Shown piece after piece: positions 20,903-31,263 of a stretch of 64,000 nt of DNA (position 1 is its first letter; each line of letters starts with the position of its first letter). Origin of the DNA: Bacteroidales bacterium UBA5548 (GTDB lineage Bacteria > Bacteroidota > Bacteroidia > Bacteroidales > UBA932); NCBI GenBank assembly GCA_002425935.1, contig DINE01000027.1, positions 43,742-107,741 of the forward strand. The letters are read 5' to 3'. Position numbers and translations under genes: made by a program. Under the pieces are notes generated by a model that did no database searches, was not told the DNA's origin, and saw only the letters and a list, made by a program, of their open reading frames with translations.

Positions 20903-22065
20903 TTCTCAGGGTAAAGAAGATAAGGTTTACGCTGTTTCTTAAACTTCTCTACATCGTCTGCCCACATTGCCTTGATCTCGGCGGCAGATTTTCCATCTTT
21001 TATCATTTTGCGCACATAGTCACGACCGATTAGCCTTTCGAAAAACGGACGGAAGAAGTGGTCGTCAAGATTAAGGTTGTTATATGCATCAATTACATAT
21101 TCGAGGTTGATTCCCGCTTTGTTAATCTCTTCAATTGAAGGCTCTTTGCTAAGATCAACACCATAACATTCGTTATTTAACTGAGGAGGGAATTTGGCAC
21201 CCGGAACACTTCTCGGAGTGAATTTAAAGTCATAACCCTTCATATTAGGGTGGCCGTAAACCTGAAACGGATAGTCGGTTCCTCTGCCGAGGCTCACAGG
21301 TGTTGCCTCAAAGTAGCATGTAGATGGATAGAGGTAGATAGAGCGCATATTTGGAAGGTTTGGAGAGGGCTTAACAGGAAGCTCATACATAGTTGCATGA
21401 GTATAGTTTTTGCATTTAATAACGGTTACATCGCACTGAATTCCGTTTGGAAGCCACTTTTCGCCATTAATCATCCCTGCAAGCTCTCCCAGTGTCATGC
21501 CGTGCACTGTTGGAATTGGCAACCAGCCGACTGCAGATCTGAAGTTCATATCCAAAATAGGACCATCTACATAAAAGCCAATAGGGTTTGGTCTGTCAAG
21601 GACAATCATTTTAACTTTATTCTCTGCACATGCCTCCATCATTTTGGCCATTGTTGTAAGGTATGTATAGAATCTAACTCCAACATCCTGAAGGTCAAAT
21701 ACAAGAACATCAATCTGCTTCATAAGGTCAACTGATGGTTTGCCGGTGTTTCCGTCGTAAAGAGATTTGATTGGAATACCTGTCTTTTCGTCAACAGAGC
21801 TTGCCACATGTTCTCCGGCATCGGCATCTCCGCGGAATCCATGTTCCGGTGACAGGATTGCCACGATATTTACCTTAAGGCTTACAAGCGAGTCAACAAG
21901 GTGGGTCTTTCCGATTATGCCTGTCTGGTTAGTTAGTACTGCAACCTTCTTGCCTTTTAGCAGAGGGAGGTATTCGTTAACAGACTCGGCTCCGGTTTTA
22001 ACACCATGTGCATAAGCCGATAAGCCAAGAAAAACCATCAGGGCAAGCATTAAAATTTTCTTCAT
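20899..22065 (-). CDS. DUF1343 / NamZ-like exo-beta-N-acetylmuramidase
   Basis: Signal peptide, SPEHGFRG, FDLQDVGVRFYTY, LDRPNP, PSPNLP, GRGT. Confidence 0.9.
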   Translation of the reverse strand: MKKILMLALMVFLGLSAYAHGVKTGAESVNEYLPLLKGKKVAVLTNQTGIIGKTHLVDSLVSLKVNIVAILSPEHGFRGDADAGEHVASSVDEKTGIPIKSLYDGNTGKPSVDLMKQIDVLVFDLQDVGVRFYTYLTTMAKMMEACAENKVKMIVLDRPNPIGFYVDGPILDMNFRSAVGWLPIPTVHGMTLGELAGMINGEKWLPNGIQCDVTVIKCKNYTHATMYELPVKPSPNLPNMRSIYLYPSTCYFEATPVSLGRGTDYPFQVYGHPNMKGYDFKFTPRSVPGAKFPPQLNNECYGVDLSKEPSIEEINKAGINLEYVIDAYNNLNLDDHFFRPFFERLIGRDYVRKMIKDGKSAAEIKAMWADDVEKFKKQRKPYLLYPEN

Positions 22066-22131
22066 AATTGTAATAAGGGTTAGTTAAAAATAAAATTTAG
22101 CCGGGGATAAAGATAACAAATCGGCCAAACA

Positions 22132-23166
22132 TCAAACTACCTCAATCTGGAATTGACCCTCTTTTTTTGCAAAATAACCGATCTCTGTAAGTGTAACTCC
22201 CTCCGATGCAGCGTATCTCTCAAACTCTTTCGCCATATCTTTTTCCACTGCCAGGAGCAAGCCTCCGCTTGTCTGAGGGTCGCATAACAGAGCCCTCCTG
22301 TCGGCAGGCATATCCGAGACTTTATGCCCGTAACTGCTGAAGTTTCGGTTTGTGCCGCCGGGGATGCACTCCTGTTTAATGTAGTAGTCAACACCTGCTA
22401 TTCTTGGAACCTTTTCAAACTCGATTACAGCCTTCAGTCCGCTTCCCTCTGCCATCTCAAGAGCATGGCCAAGAAGACCGAATCCTGTAACATCTGTCAT
22501 GGATTTAACCTCAGGCCGCTCTGCAAATTTAATTCCCGGAGTATTGAGAGTAGTCATTAGTCTTAATGCTTCTGCGCGATCTTCGTCTCTTGCAACTCCA
22601 AATTTTTCGGCAGTTGAGACCAGACCTATTCCCAATGGCTTGGTAAGGTATAGTATGCAGTTCTCTGTTGCACTGTTGTTCTGTTTTACCTTTGAACTGC
22701 TTACGATTCCTGTTACGGCGAGGCCAAAGATAGGGTCGGAGCTGTTTATGCTGTGTCCGCCTGCAAGTGGAATTCCCGCCTTGTCGCATACTGCCCTTGC
22801 TCCTGAAATTACCTCTGAGGCAATCTCTGCGGGGAGTTTGTCCAGGGGCCAGCCAAGAATGGCGAGTGCCATAAGGGGTCTGCCACCCATTGCGTATATG
22901 TCTGAAATTGCGTTGGTGGCTGAAATTCTTCCAAAATCAAAGGGATCATCAACTATTGGGGTGAAAAAGTCAGTTGTGCTTACTATCGCTTTACCGTCTC
23001 CTATGTCATATACTGCAGCGTCGTCTTTGCTGTCATTGCCAACAAGCAGATTTTCGAATACAAGTCCGGAGCGGCTGTTTTTAAGTATCTCCTCAAGATC
23101 TTTGGGTGCTATTTTGCATCCGCATCCTGCACCGGGGCTGAATTGAGTGAGTCTTATCGTGTCCAT
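22132..23166 (-). CDS. selD: Selenide, water dikinase (selenophosphate synthetase), Cys form
   Basis: GAGCGCK, DDAAVY, TTDFFTPIVDDP, GGHS, TDVTGFGLLGH, DPQTSGGLL. Confidence 0.97.
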   Translation of the reverse strand: MDTIRLTQFSPGAGCGCKIAPKDLEEILKNSRSGLVFENLLVGNDSKDDAAVYDIGDGKAIVSTTDFFTPIVDDPFDFGRISATNAISDIYAMGGRPLMALAILGWPLDKLPAEIASEVISGARAVCDKAGIPLAGGHSINSSDPIFGLAVTGIVSSSKVKQNNSATENCILYLTKPLGIGLVSTAEKFGVARDEDRAEALRLMTTLNTPGIKFAERPEVKSMTDVTGFGLLGHALEMAEGSGLKAVIEFEKVPRIAGVDYYIKQECIPGGTNRNFSSYGHKVSDMPADRRALLCDPQTSGGLLLAVEKDMAKEFERYAASEGVTLTEIGYFAKKEGQFQIEVV

Positions 23167-23176
23167 TTTATTTTGT

Positions 23177-23542
23177 TTACAGATTTATAATTTTTGTGCA
23201 ATTATGCTGAATATCAATAATGTCGGCCATTGTTCCTATAGTGCCTGCCTCTGTTTTGTCAAACAATTCGTTAAAGATGAGGCATGTTTTACAAATTACA
23301 ATTTTGCTGCCCTCATTTTCGAGCTGTTTAAATTGGTCAATCACAGGTGATCCTTTGCAAATGAGTTTGACTCCGTTGCCATAAAGGCATATATAGGCAG
23401 GTATTTTTTTCTCCTCAGCAAGCAGCTCAAGATAGGTTTTTACAAGCTTCAGAGATAGCTCTGCAGGAGCATCTCCCATCCCTTCGCGGCTTATTACAAC
23501 AGCAATTTTTGAATTAATTTCATTTCTCATATCTTTAATCAT
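23177..23542 (-). CDS. DsrE-fold selenium metabolism protein (YedF-like)
   Basis: GMGD...L, YGNGVKL and CKTCL motifs; lies between selU and selD. Confidence 0.8.
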   Translation of the reverse strand: MIKDMRNEINSKIAVVISREGMGDAPAELSLKLVKTYLELLAEEKKIPAYICLYGNGVKLICKGSPVIDQFKQLENEGSKIVICKTCLIFNELFDKTEAGTIGTMADIIDIQHNCTKIINL

Positions 23543-24590
23543 CTATCTTATCAATAAAGGGAAGTTTGGCAGCAATCTGTGTCAGCTCCTCTGCAACGCC
23601 CGCCTTTTTCTCGCCGTTATAACTGTATGAGGGAAGCGTTTGCCACTCTGTTCCAAAACGGTTGCCCAGCTGACTTGCATATGCCTTGTCGTAATATAAC
23701 AGGCATATCTCTGCTGCTCTTTTAAGATTGCCTTCGCGGCAAGCCTCAAGTGCAAATTTACAATTATCATACCCCAGGCGCTTCTCGATTTTTGCAATTG
23801 ACTCCTCTAGTCTTGCAGACTCTTCGGTTGCGTAATCTCTGACAAGCCTATCGAGCCGATCCTCAAATGATGATTCGATTCTGACAAGAGGAGCTCTTCT
23901 CATCTGAAGCCAAAGGTTTTCGGGAATAAATACCTTGCCTACATTTCTGCTCTCATCCTCTATCCAGACAACTTTTTCTGAGTCTGTTGAATCCACCTCT
24001 TTTGAGAGGAGGTTTTCGAACATCTCGTTTGAAGGTTGAGGAGGTAGTCCTATAGAGCCAAATGCCGAACCTTTATGATTTGCAAGGCCCTCCAGATCTA
24101 TAACCTGTTGTCCTGACTCTTTTAATATTGAGAGCAGATCGGTCTTACCTGAGCCGGTAAATCCTCCCAGTAAAACTATCTTTAGTCTCTTTTCAAAACT
24201 GTTTAAAATGTAGTTGCGATAACTTTTATACCCACCTTCAAGTAGATAGCACTCCAGCCCCAAAGTCTCAAGTAACCAAGCCATTGACGAACTTCGCATT
24301 CCTCCTCTCCAGCAGTGTACCAAAACCTTTTGACTATCAAGTGCGAGAGCAAATTTCGAAAATTGTGACATCTTGGGGCCAACAATCTCCAGACCCCTCT
24401 GGACTGCCTTAACGCGACCTCTCTGTTTGTAGATTGTGCCCACCTCGGCCCTCTCTTCGTTGGAGAAGAGGGGTAAACTAAGAGCCCCGGGAATATGAGC
24501 GTGGTCATACTCTCCCGGGGATCTCACATCTATTATTGGAGTCGTTTTTGAAAGAGTCAAAAACTCCTCTGTGCTTATAACTTTTGGCAT
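23535..24590 (-). CDS. selU: tRNA 2-selenouridine synthase
   Basis: Rhodanese IDVRSPGEY and CWRGGMRS, P-loop GFTGSGKT, DLEGLANHKGSAFG, EDES. Confidence 0.95.
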   Translation of the reverse strand: MPKVISTEEFLTLSKTTPIIDVRSPGEYDHAHIPGALSLPLFSNEERAEVGTIYKQRGRVKAVQRGLEIVGPKMSQFSKFALALDSQKVLVHCWRGGMRSSSMAWLLETLGLECYLLEGGYKSYRNYILNSFEKRLKIVLLGGFTGSGKTDLLSILKESGQQVIDLEGLANHKGSAFGSIGLPPQPSNEMFENLLSKEVDSTDSEKVVWIEDESRNVGKVFIPENLWLQMRRAPLVRIESSFEDRLDRLVRDYATEESARLEESIAKIEKRLGYDNCKFALEACREGNLKRAAEICLLYYDKAYASQLGNRFGTEWQTLPSYSYNGEKKAGVAEELTQIAAKLPFIDKIDD

Positions 24591-24623
24591 AGACTTTTTT
24601 CCCTGCGCAAAAGTAATGATTTT

Positions 24624-25970
24624 TTAGAAATTGATCTTCAGACCAAGTGACGGAATAAGTGCTGTTGATTTGTACTCTCCAAAGAAGTTTACATTTGGAT
24701 TCCAGGTTTCCGGAACATAGCCCTTAATTTTTTGTCCGCATAATCCCTGAAGAGCAGCATCAATCTCAATAGCATCGCTAACCTTGTATGTCATACCTGT
24801 TGTTAAGCTGAACTTGTTTGCTCCGGGAGTTTCTGGTGAGTAAAGTTTTTTGTCAACAGGTGTTGTGTCATAAATTGCTCCAAAACGCCATGTGAATTTT
24901 TCGCTTGCATAGAATTCACCTCCAATGCGATAGATAGCAGTGTTTTTGAAGTTTTTGTTTGACTGGAGTTTAAGATTACCGACGTCTGAACCGAACTGAA
25001 TTATCAGATTCTCGTATGCACTCCAGCCTACATATTGAACCTCAGCAGACAGAAGGAGTTTTTCGCTTGTTTTGTAAGCTACACCAACATTCAGGTTTGA
25101 AGGGATTGGAAGTGCTGCAGAGAAGTTCTTACCATCGATTGGAGGGATTGGAACAGTTCCCGGCATCATTGTGTTTATACCTGTTATAAGTGCCTGCATC
25201 TCCGGCCCTGCATAGGCTACACTGGCAGTTCCAGAATTCACCTCCATCATAACCTTTGAGCGGTAAGAGATACCGATGCTCAGCCTGTCGTTTGGAGTGT
25301 AGAGGATACCTGCGTTAAAGCCTATACCAATCTCAGATTGTCCTTCAAGCTTTGCGGTTACCGAAGGCACATTTGCATACATGTCAAGAATTGGTTTGTA
25401 TGTTGGAACCAATAGACCAATAGGAGCCAGTGCGCCCATTCTTGTAAGTGCTCTCTCCAGTGCAAAGTCTCCGAAGTCAACCATCAGACCTGCTCCGATA
25501 CTAAGCTGATCGCTTATTTTGTATGAGATTGTAGGTTGAATTGAGAATGCCTTAAGGGAGATGTTTTGAACATGATGAGCTCCTGCCCAGTTATCTGGCC
25601 ACACAAGTGAGTTTCCTACAGGGTTTGTGATACTAATTCCGGCAAAGAATTTTTCGCTCAGTTTGAAGCCGGCATAACCGAATATTGGTGTTCCTATCGG
25701 GTTGTCAGACTCTGTTGAGAAGGCGCCATTTGTGAACTTAACCTTTGAGAAGATTGCGTTTGCACCGAGTGATAGTTCGATCTTATCCTGCATAAACGAA
25801 AGTCCGGCAGGGTTAAACAGCATACTTTCCGACCCCAGCCTGAGTGCAGTACCGAGGTGTCCCATTCCAACCTGACGGGAGCTTTGTGAGTTTATCTGAT
25901 ACCCCTCTGCCATTAGATTCAGGCTGACTAAGCCAGCCAACATTAATAGTGATAGTTTTCTTAGTTTCAT
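24624..25970 (-). CDS. OmpP1/FadL family outer-membrane transporter
   Basis: Signal peptide, AEGYQIN, FNPAGL, C-terminal Phe. Confidence 0.85.
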   Translation of the reverse strand: MKLRKLSLLMLAGLVSLNLMAEGYQINSQSSRQVGMGHLGTALRLGSESMLFNPAGLSFMQDKIELSLGANAIFSKVKFTNGAFSTESDNPIGTPIFGYAGFKLSEKFFAGISITNPVGNSLVWPDNWAGAHHVQNISLKAFSIQPTISYKISDQLSIGAGLMVDFGDFALERALTRMGALAPIGLLVPTYKPILDMYANVPSVTAKLEGQSEIGIGFNAGILYTPNDRLSIGISYRSKVMMEVNSGTASVAYAGPEMQALITGINTMMPGTVPIPPIDGKNFSAALPIPSNLNVGVAYKTSEKLLLSAEVQYVGWSAYENLIIQFGSDVGNLKLQSNKNFKNTAIYRIGGEFYASEKFTWRFGAIYDTTPVDKKLYSPETPGANKFSLTTGMTYKVSDAIEIDAALQGLCGQKIKGYVPETWNPNVNFFGEYKSTALIPSLGLKINF

Positions 25971-26103
25971 AATTAGAATTTTTAAAACGCAACAAATCTA
26001 ATATTTATATGAATACATTATACTCCAAATTGGAAAAATATGCAAACGGCAACTAATCAAAATTTTATAATTACACTATTGAGGTAAAAAAGTATAAATA
26101 AAA

Positions 26104-26139
26104 ATCCCGGAGTGAGTGGCTTTACTCATGCTCCGGGAT
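26104..26139 (-). terminator. Terminator after the S9 peptidase
   Basis: ATCCCGGAG...CTCCGGGAT stem with an adjacent A run (U tract on the - strand). Confidence 0.6.
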
Positions 26140-26165
26140 CTGTTTTAATGTTGTAAGATGCTCAA

Positions 26166-28607
26166 TCAGTTGTTATTCATTTGCGGTATCTCCCTCTCTT
26201 CACGTGAATCGCCAATCAGATGTTTGCTAAAGTAGTCACCCATTCTCCAGAAGAAGTACTCTGTCATATCTCCAAATGCGTGTCTTTGGCCTGGAAGCAT
26301 AAGCATATCGAATCTCTTGTTGGCCCTAATGAGTGCGTTTACCATTCTCATAGTGTTTGCAGGGTGAACATTGTTGTCAATATCACCATGAACAAGCATC
26401 AGATGACCTTTAAGGTTTTTGGCAATCTGTGAATTCCTGTCGATACTGTATTTAAATGTGGTATCTCCCTTTTCTGAAACCTGCTCAAGTACTCCGTGGT
26501 GTTGTTCACTCCACCAGCGGTTGTATATGTTGTTTTCGTGATTTCCTGCACTTGATACTGCTACTTTAAAGAAGTCAGGATAAACCAGCATCGCGGCTGT
26601 TGACATAAAACCTCCGCCAGAGTGGCCGTGAATACCAACTTTGTTGATATCAATGAATTTATGTTTTGCAGCAAGTTTCTCTGCAACCACCTTTTTGTCT
26701 TCGAGACCGTAATCTCTCAGGTTTCCGTAGCCATAATTGTGGTACCACTTAGATCTTGCAGGGTGCCCGCCACGGTTACCTACTGTTATCACAATAAACC
26801 CAAACTGAGCAAGACGGTCAACCCTGTCCATGCTCTTTGTCCATGATGCGTTCACAGCCTCTGTCTGAGGACCAGGATATACATATTCAATTATCGGATA
26901 GAGCTTTGTTGAATCGAAGTCAAAAGGTTTGTACATCACTCCGTAAAGATCTGTCTTACCGTCGCCGGCTTTAACAGTAAACCTTTCAGGGAATTTATAT
27001 CCTATTGCAAAGAGTTGCGAAAGGTCTGTCTCTTCGAGTTCGGCAATCTTTTTGCCGTTGTTGTCGTAGAGTGCAGATTTAGGAGCGGTATCTACTCTTG
27101 AGTAGTTGTTAACAAAGTATTTGCCGTTGTCAGAGACATTCGCCTCATGGTTAAAGTCTCCAGGATTGAGAAGTCTCAGATTGCTACCGTCAAAGTTTAC
27201 TCTGTATTGATGAGTGTAGTATGGGTTTTCTCCCTTCTCTTTTGCATTTGCGGTAAAGTAGATTACTCTCTGAACCGGATCAACGGCAACAACATCCTCT
27301 ACATGATACTCTCCCGAAGTGATTGCATTTTTCAATTTACCATCACCATCATAGAGGTACAGGTGAGCCCATCCTGTTCTTTCTGACCACCAGATAAACT
27401 CCTTCCCGTTATTGACAGTTCTCACAGGACGGGTCTCAACATATGTGTTCAGCCTCTCCTCTACAAGAGTTTTTACTGTATCGGCACTAACATTTGCCAT
27501 ACACAGGTCTGTTCTTTTGAGGTCACGGCTTACCCTTGAAACATAAAAGTTTTCGTTATCTCCAAGCCAGATATTGTGTCTGATTTCGTCAAACATATCC
27601 TTTTTAAGCTGCGGTGCAGTGCTTATTCTTATCTCCTGATCTTTAAAGGCAGACATTTTAATCTCCTTTGCACTCTTTGACTCCATGTCGTATAGGTAAA
27701 GGTGCCTCGAAGGTGCCTCAGATTCGCCAGGCATATGGTACTTATATCTCTCAAGCTTTGGTCTTGGCTCTGCAAGAACATCTATAACCCACAAATCCTT
27801 TACCTTTGAAGTATTGCTGCGAACCATCGCAAATCTCTTTGAATCAGGTGACCATACAATAAATGCCCCTGTTCTCTTCTTTTTATCCTTTTCGGTAACG
27901 TAAAAATCGTTGTCACCCGAACCAAATCCAAAATCTGCAGTACCTTCTGTAGTGAGCTGATGTTCAACAATTGTGGAATCCTCTTCGTTTTTTCTGGCCT
28001 TCTCGAAGTTCTCCATATCCATGTAGTAGAGGTTGAAGTCTCTTGAAAATACAACATATTTTTTATCAGGTGATACGCTACCCCACCTTGGGTACGGTTT
28101 AGGAGATTTGTAGTCTTTAATTTCTGTAAGGTTGCCTGTGGCAATGTCTATTTCAAAGCCGTGAACCTTCTTCTCTTTCTTTGGTTTTCCCGTCTTCTCG
28201 TCTTTTACCTCTACATCTGCCGTGCTTTTGATCTCAAATGTAAATTTGCGGTCATCCACAAGTTTAAAAGATTGTATCGGAATGTTTTGAGCATCATACG
28301 GGTCTTTTACGATTTCGGTTAGCTGAGCAGCAAGTTTTGCATTGTCAAATATGGGTTTTTTAATACCGGTGGCGGGATCAACAATGTAGTAGAATGTACC
28401 TTCGGGTGTCTGGTATGTGTACCAGAATTTATCAGAATTCTTAAACCAGTTCGGATTAACTGATGTTGAAAAGACCAGCTTATTTACCCTCTTGGGTGAG
28501 AAGCGGGCAGCCAGTTCATAGTTAGCTGTCGTTACGGGAGTTTGCTGCGCGCTGCAGAGCAAACCGGTAAAGAGCAACATTAAAATAAACAGAGATTTTT
28601 TTGTCAT
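26166..28607 (-). CDS. S9 family peptidase (DPP IV-like)
   Basis: Signal peptide, beta-propeller region, GHSGGG nucleophile, HGDIDNNVH, QRH. Confidence 0.92.
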   Translation of the reverse strand: MTKKSLFILMLLFTGLLCSAQQTPVTTANYELAARFSPKRVNKLVFSTSVNPNWFKNSDKFWYTYQTPEGTFYYIVDPATGIKKPIFDNAKLAAQLTEIVKDPYDAQNIPIQSFKLVDDRKFTFEIKSTADVEVKDEKTGKPKKEKKVHGFEIDIATGNLTEIKDYKSPKPYPRWGSVSPDKKYVVFSRDFNLYYMDMENFEKARKNEEDSTIVEHQLTTEGTADFGFGSGDNDFYVTEKDKKKRTGAFIVWSPDSKRFAMVRSNTSKVKDLWVIDVLAEPRPKLERYKYHMPGESEAPSRHLYLYDMESKSAKEIKMSAFKDQEIRISTAPQLKKDMFDEIRHNIWLGDNENFYVSRVSRDLKRTDLCMANVSADTVKTLVEERLNTYVETRPVRTVNNGKEFIWWSERTGWAHLYLYDGDGKLKNAITSGEYHVEDVVAVDPVQRVIYFTANAKEKGENPYYTHQYRVNFDGSNLRLLNPGDFNHEANVSDNGKYFVNNYSRVDTAPKSALYDNNGKKIAELEETDLSQLFAIGYKFPERFTVKAGDGKTDLYGVMYKPFDFDSTKLYPIIEYVYPGPQTEAVNASWTKSMDRVDRLAQFGFIVITVGNRGGHPARSKWYHNYGYGNLRDYGLEDKKVVAEKLAAKHKFIDINKVGIHGHSGGGFMSTAAMLVYPDFFKVAVSSAGNHENNIYNRWWSEQHHGVLEQVSEKGDTTFKYSIDRNSQIAKNLKGHLMLVHGDIDNNVHPANTMRMVNALIRANKRFDMLMLPGQRHAFGDMTEYFFWRMGDYFSKHLIGDSREEREIPQMNNN

Positions 28608-28646
28608 AATTTAATATAATTTGGTAGTAATAATCGTTTTAACAGT

Positions 28647-29138
28647 TTAGTATTTCCACTCTCCAACCTCCATATCATGAAGTGCTCCGTTTTGCACACG
28701 AAACCTTACAGCGGTCCTGACCTTATGGAAGCCCTGAATGCCTGCAGCTCCGGGATTTATGCAGATAAGGTTGTTGGTTTTGTCATTTATAACCTTAAGA
28801 ATATGTGAGTGGCCGCAGATAAAGACATTGGGCCTGTGTGCCTGAATCAGTTGCAGAGCTCTGTAATCGTACCTTCCTGGGTATCCTCCAATGTGCATCA
28901 TAAGAAATTTCATCCCCTCCATCTCAAATAGCTGAATGTATGGATGAACCAGCCTAACATCCTGCCCATCACAATTACCGTAAACCCCCTTCAATGGTTT
29001 AATTGCCGTTATTGCATCCGATACGGCAATATTGCCGAAGTCTCCGGCATGCCATACTTCGTCTGTCTCTGCAAAAAAATCACGAAGCTTATCGTCAAAG
29101 TGGCAGTGTGTGTCTGATAACAGTCCTATAAAGGGCAT
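28647..29138 (-). CDS. YfcE/MJ0936-like metallophosphoesterase
   Basis: SDTH, HAGD, GNCD, GHSH, NPG. Confidence 0.92.
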   Translation of the reverse strand: MPFIGLLSDTHCHFDDKLRDFFAETDEVWHAGDFGNIAVSDAITAIKPLKGVYGNCDGQDVRLVHPYIQLFEMEGMKFLMMHIGGYPGRYDYRALQLIQAHRPNVFICGHSHILKVINDKTNNLICINPGAAGIQGFHKVRTAVRFRVQNGALHDMEVGEWKY

Positions 29139-29146
29139 CTCTTTTG

Positions 29147-30337
29147 TCAGAGTTTAATTACGATTTTCTTTTTGTAGAGGACTATTGCCATTACTGTGAA
29201 GATGGTAACATATCCCAAAGCGTACAACAGTGACCCCCATTCGTTATTGCCAAGCAGTGGAACGCAGCAGTTGTTGTAAATCCATGAAGATGCGTTAGTT
29301 GTTACCTCTTTGAAAGTTCCGTCATCTTGTAACACAGATGTCTGCCATTTAATTATTCTGCCCAAAGTCTTGGCAAATACTCCTGCCATTACGAATGCGA
29401 ACAGCGGATTTAATCCTAAAGCCTTAAATGGGTAAAATATTTTTTCTTTACCTTTAATATCAATGAAGTATATGAAAAATGCCAGCATCAGTACCGACCA
29501 GCCACCTGCGTAAAATACATAAGATGGTGTCCAGAGGGGTTTGTTGATTGGGATAACCGAACTAAGAACAATTCCAGCTCCCAGTGCTATAAGACCAATT
29601 GTGTAAAGGTCTCCGACGGCCTCTGTTTTATTGCTGCTCTTACGGATAAGCCCGCCAATAAGATATCCGAAGAGTACCGTGGCAGATCCTGAGAGAACTC
29701 CAAGCAGACCTTCCGGGTCGAAAGGCATTCCGAAACCTTTGTAAACATGAGTAATACCTACAAGGGCAACATCGATGCTGCCTGCAATTGTTCCCTCTTT
29801 TGAAAATGGGTCACCTGTCCCGAAAATAACGAGAATCAGCAGATGAAACAGCATCAAAACCGAGCCAGCAACGATTATCTTTTTGGGCTTTTGCAACCAA
29901 AGTGCAATGAGGGCTCCTACCAGATAGCAGAGCGCAATTCTTTGAAGAACTCCAAATATTCTGAGGTTTTGAATATATACCAGCCAGTTCTCCCCAAAGG
30001 TCAGTTCCGGAGAGGGGCTTGTGTTATAAAAAGGGAAAGCGTTAAGAAGCAAGCCTGTAAGAAAAATCAGGAAAGACCTTTTTATTACCTTTTTTACAGA
30101 GTCTTTGTTTAAAGTATCGTTGTACTTTGCAAATGCAAAAGAGAGTGCTGCGCCTACTATAAAGAGGAAAAACGGGAACACAAGGTCTGTGGGGGTGCAT
30201 CCGTGCCATGCTGCATGTTTAAGCGGCGGAAATATCTTACCCCACGTTCCGGGGTTGTTCACGAGTATCATTCCGGCTATTGTCATGCCTCTTAGTACGT
30301 CAAGAGCCGTGTATCTGTTGGTAACAACTTTCTCCAT
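29147..30337 (-). CDS. HGSNAT-like / DUF5009 membrane acyltransferase
   Basis: LDVLRG, DLVFPFFLFIVG, GVLQRIAL, DPEGLL, INKPLWTPSY. Confidence 0.85.
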   Translation of the reverse strand: MEKVVTNRYTALDVLRGMTIAGMILVNNPGTWGKIFPPLKHAAWHGCTPTDLVFPFFLFIVGAALSFAFAKYNDTLNKDSVKKVIKRSFLIFLTGLLLNAFPFYNTSPSPELTFGENWLVYIQNLRIFGVLQRIALCYLVGALIALWLQKPKKIIVAGSVLMLFHLLILVIFGTGDPFSKEGTIAGSIDVALVGITHVYKGFGMPFDPEGLLGVLSGSATVLFGYLIGGLIRKSSNKTEAVGDLYTIGLIALGAGIVLSSVIPINKPLWTPSYVFYAGGWSVLMLAFFIYFIDIKGKEKIFYPFKALGLNPLFAFVMAGVFAKTLGRIIKWQTSVLQDDGTFKEVTTNASSWIYNNCCVPLLGNNEWGSLLYALGYVTIFTVMAIVLYKKKIVIKL

Positions 30338-30391
30338 TTTTTAAATCATTTATAGACAAAAATAACCTTTTTAAATATATTTGTCTTTAAT

Positions 30392-31114
30392 ATGGAACTC
30401 TTTTTTGCAAATATCATAAACGGGCAAACGGCATCTCTTGGAGCAGACGAGACAACTCATTGTGTTAAGGTTCTTAGAAACAAGCCCGGTGACATAATCA
30501 CAATTACCGATGGGAAAGGCTCTCTCTACAGTGCCGAGATTATCTCTGCCGGCAGAGAGGCTCTTCTGAAAATCACTGATGTGCTGGGAGATCCTGCTCC
30601 AAGGCCATATTATCTGCATATGGCGGTTTCTCTGGTAAAGAATCCGGAGAGATATGAGTGGTTTATAGAAAAGGCGGTCGAAACAGGGATAGATGAAATT
30701 ACCCCCATTTACGGAGATCTGTCACAAAAGCGCAATTTCAAACAGGAGAGGGGCGAAAGGATTATTATGTCTGCAGTTAAGCAATCTTTAAAGCCACTAT
30801 TGCCCGTATTAAACCCCTTAGTCTCTGCAAAAGAGTTGATTAAACTGTACTCTTCTGAGAGCAACTACCTGAAAATTATAGGCCATTGCCGTGAAGGTGA
30901 AAAAGAGGCACTTCCCTCAATCCTGAAAAACCGGGCGGCCACAAACGCAAAAATTCTCATAATGATTGGTCCCGAAGGTGATTTCTCGCCCGAAGAGATT
31001 CAATACGCAATTGATAACGGATTTATTCCAATGCATATGGGCAACTCCCGCCTGCGTACCGAAACCGCCGCCCTCACCGCCACAACTGCGGTTTATCTGA
31101 ATTTTCTGCAATAA
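30392..31114 (+). CDS. rsmE: 16S rRNA m3U1498 methyltransferase
   Basis: HCVKVLR, EKAVETG, IGPEGDFS, RLRTETA. Confidence 0.95.
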   Translation: MELFFANIINGQTASLGADETTHCVKVLRNKPGDIITITDGKGSLYSAEIISAGREALLKITDVLGDPAPRPYYLHMAVSLVKNPERYEWFIEKAVETGIDEITPIYGDLSQKRNFKQERGERIIMSAVKQSLKPLLPVLNPLVSAKELIKLYSSESNYLKIIGHCREGEKEALPSILKNRAATNAKILIMIGPEGDFSPEEIQYAIDNGFIPMHMGNSRLRTETAALTATTAVYLNFLQ

Positions 31115-31263
31115 AATAATATATCCAAACAGGCAAATTATTTTAGTTGACTTCTCCTTTTCTGACAATAATAACTCTGTTTTATCCCTGATTAATTGCC
31201 AGTTTTCAAATGTTGTCTCTAAATGTGCATGCTTTAGTAGGTTCCCCTTTAAATTTTCTTAGA

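Noticed and set aside
23100-23166. Selenocysteine in SelD
   Set aside because: The active-site motif is encoded as GCGCK with Cys codons; there is no in-frame TGA.
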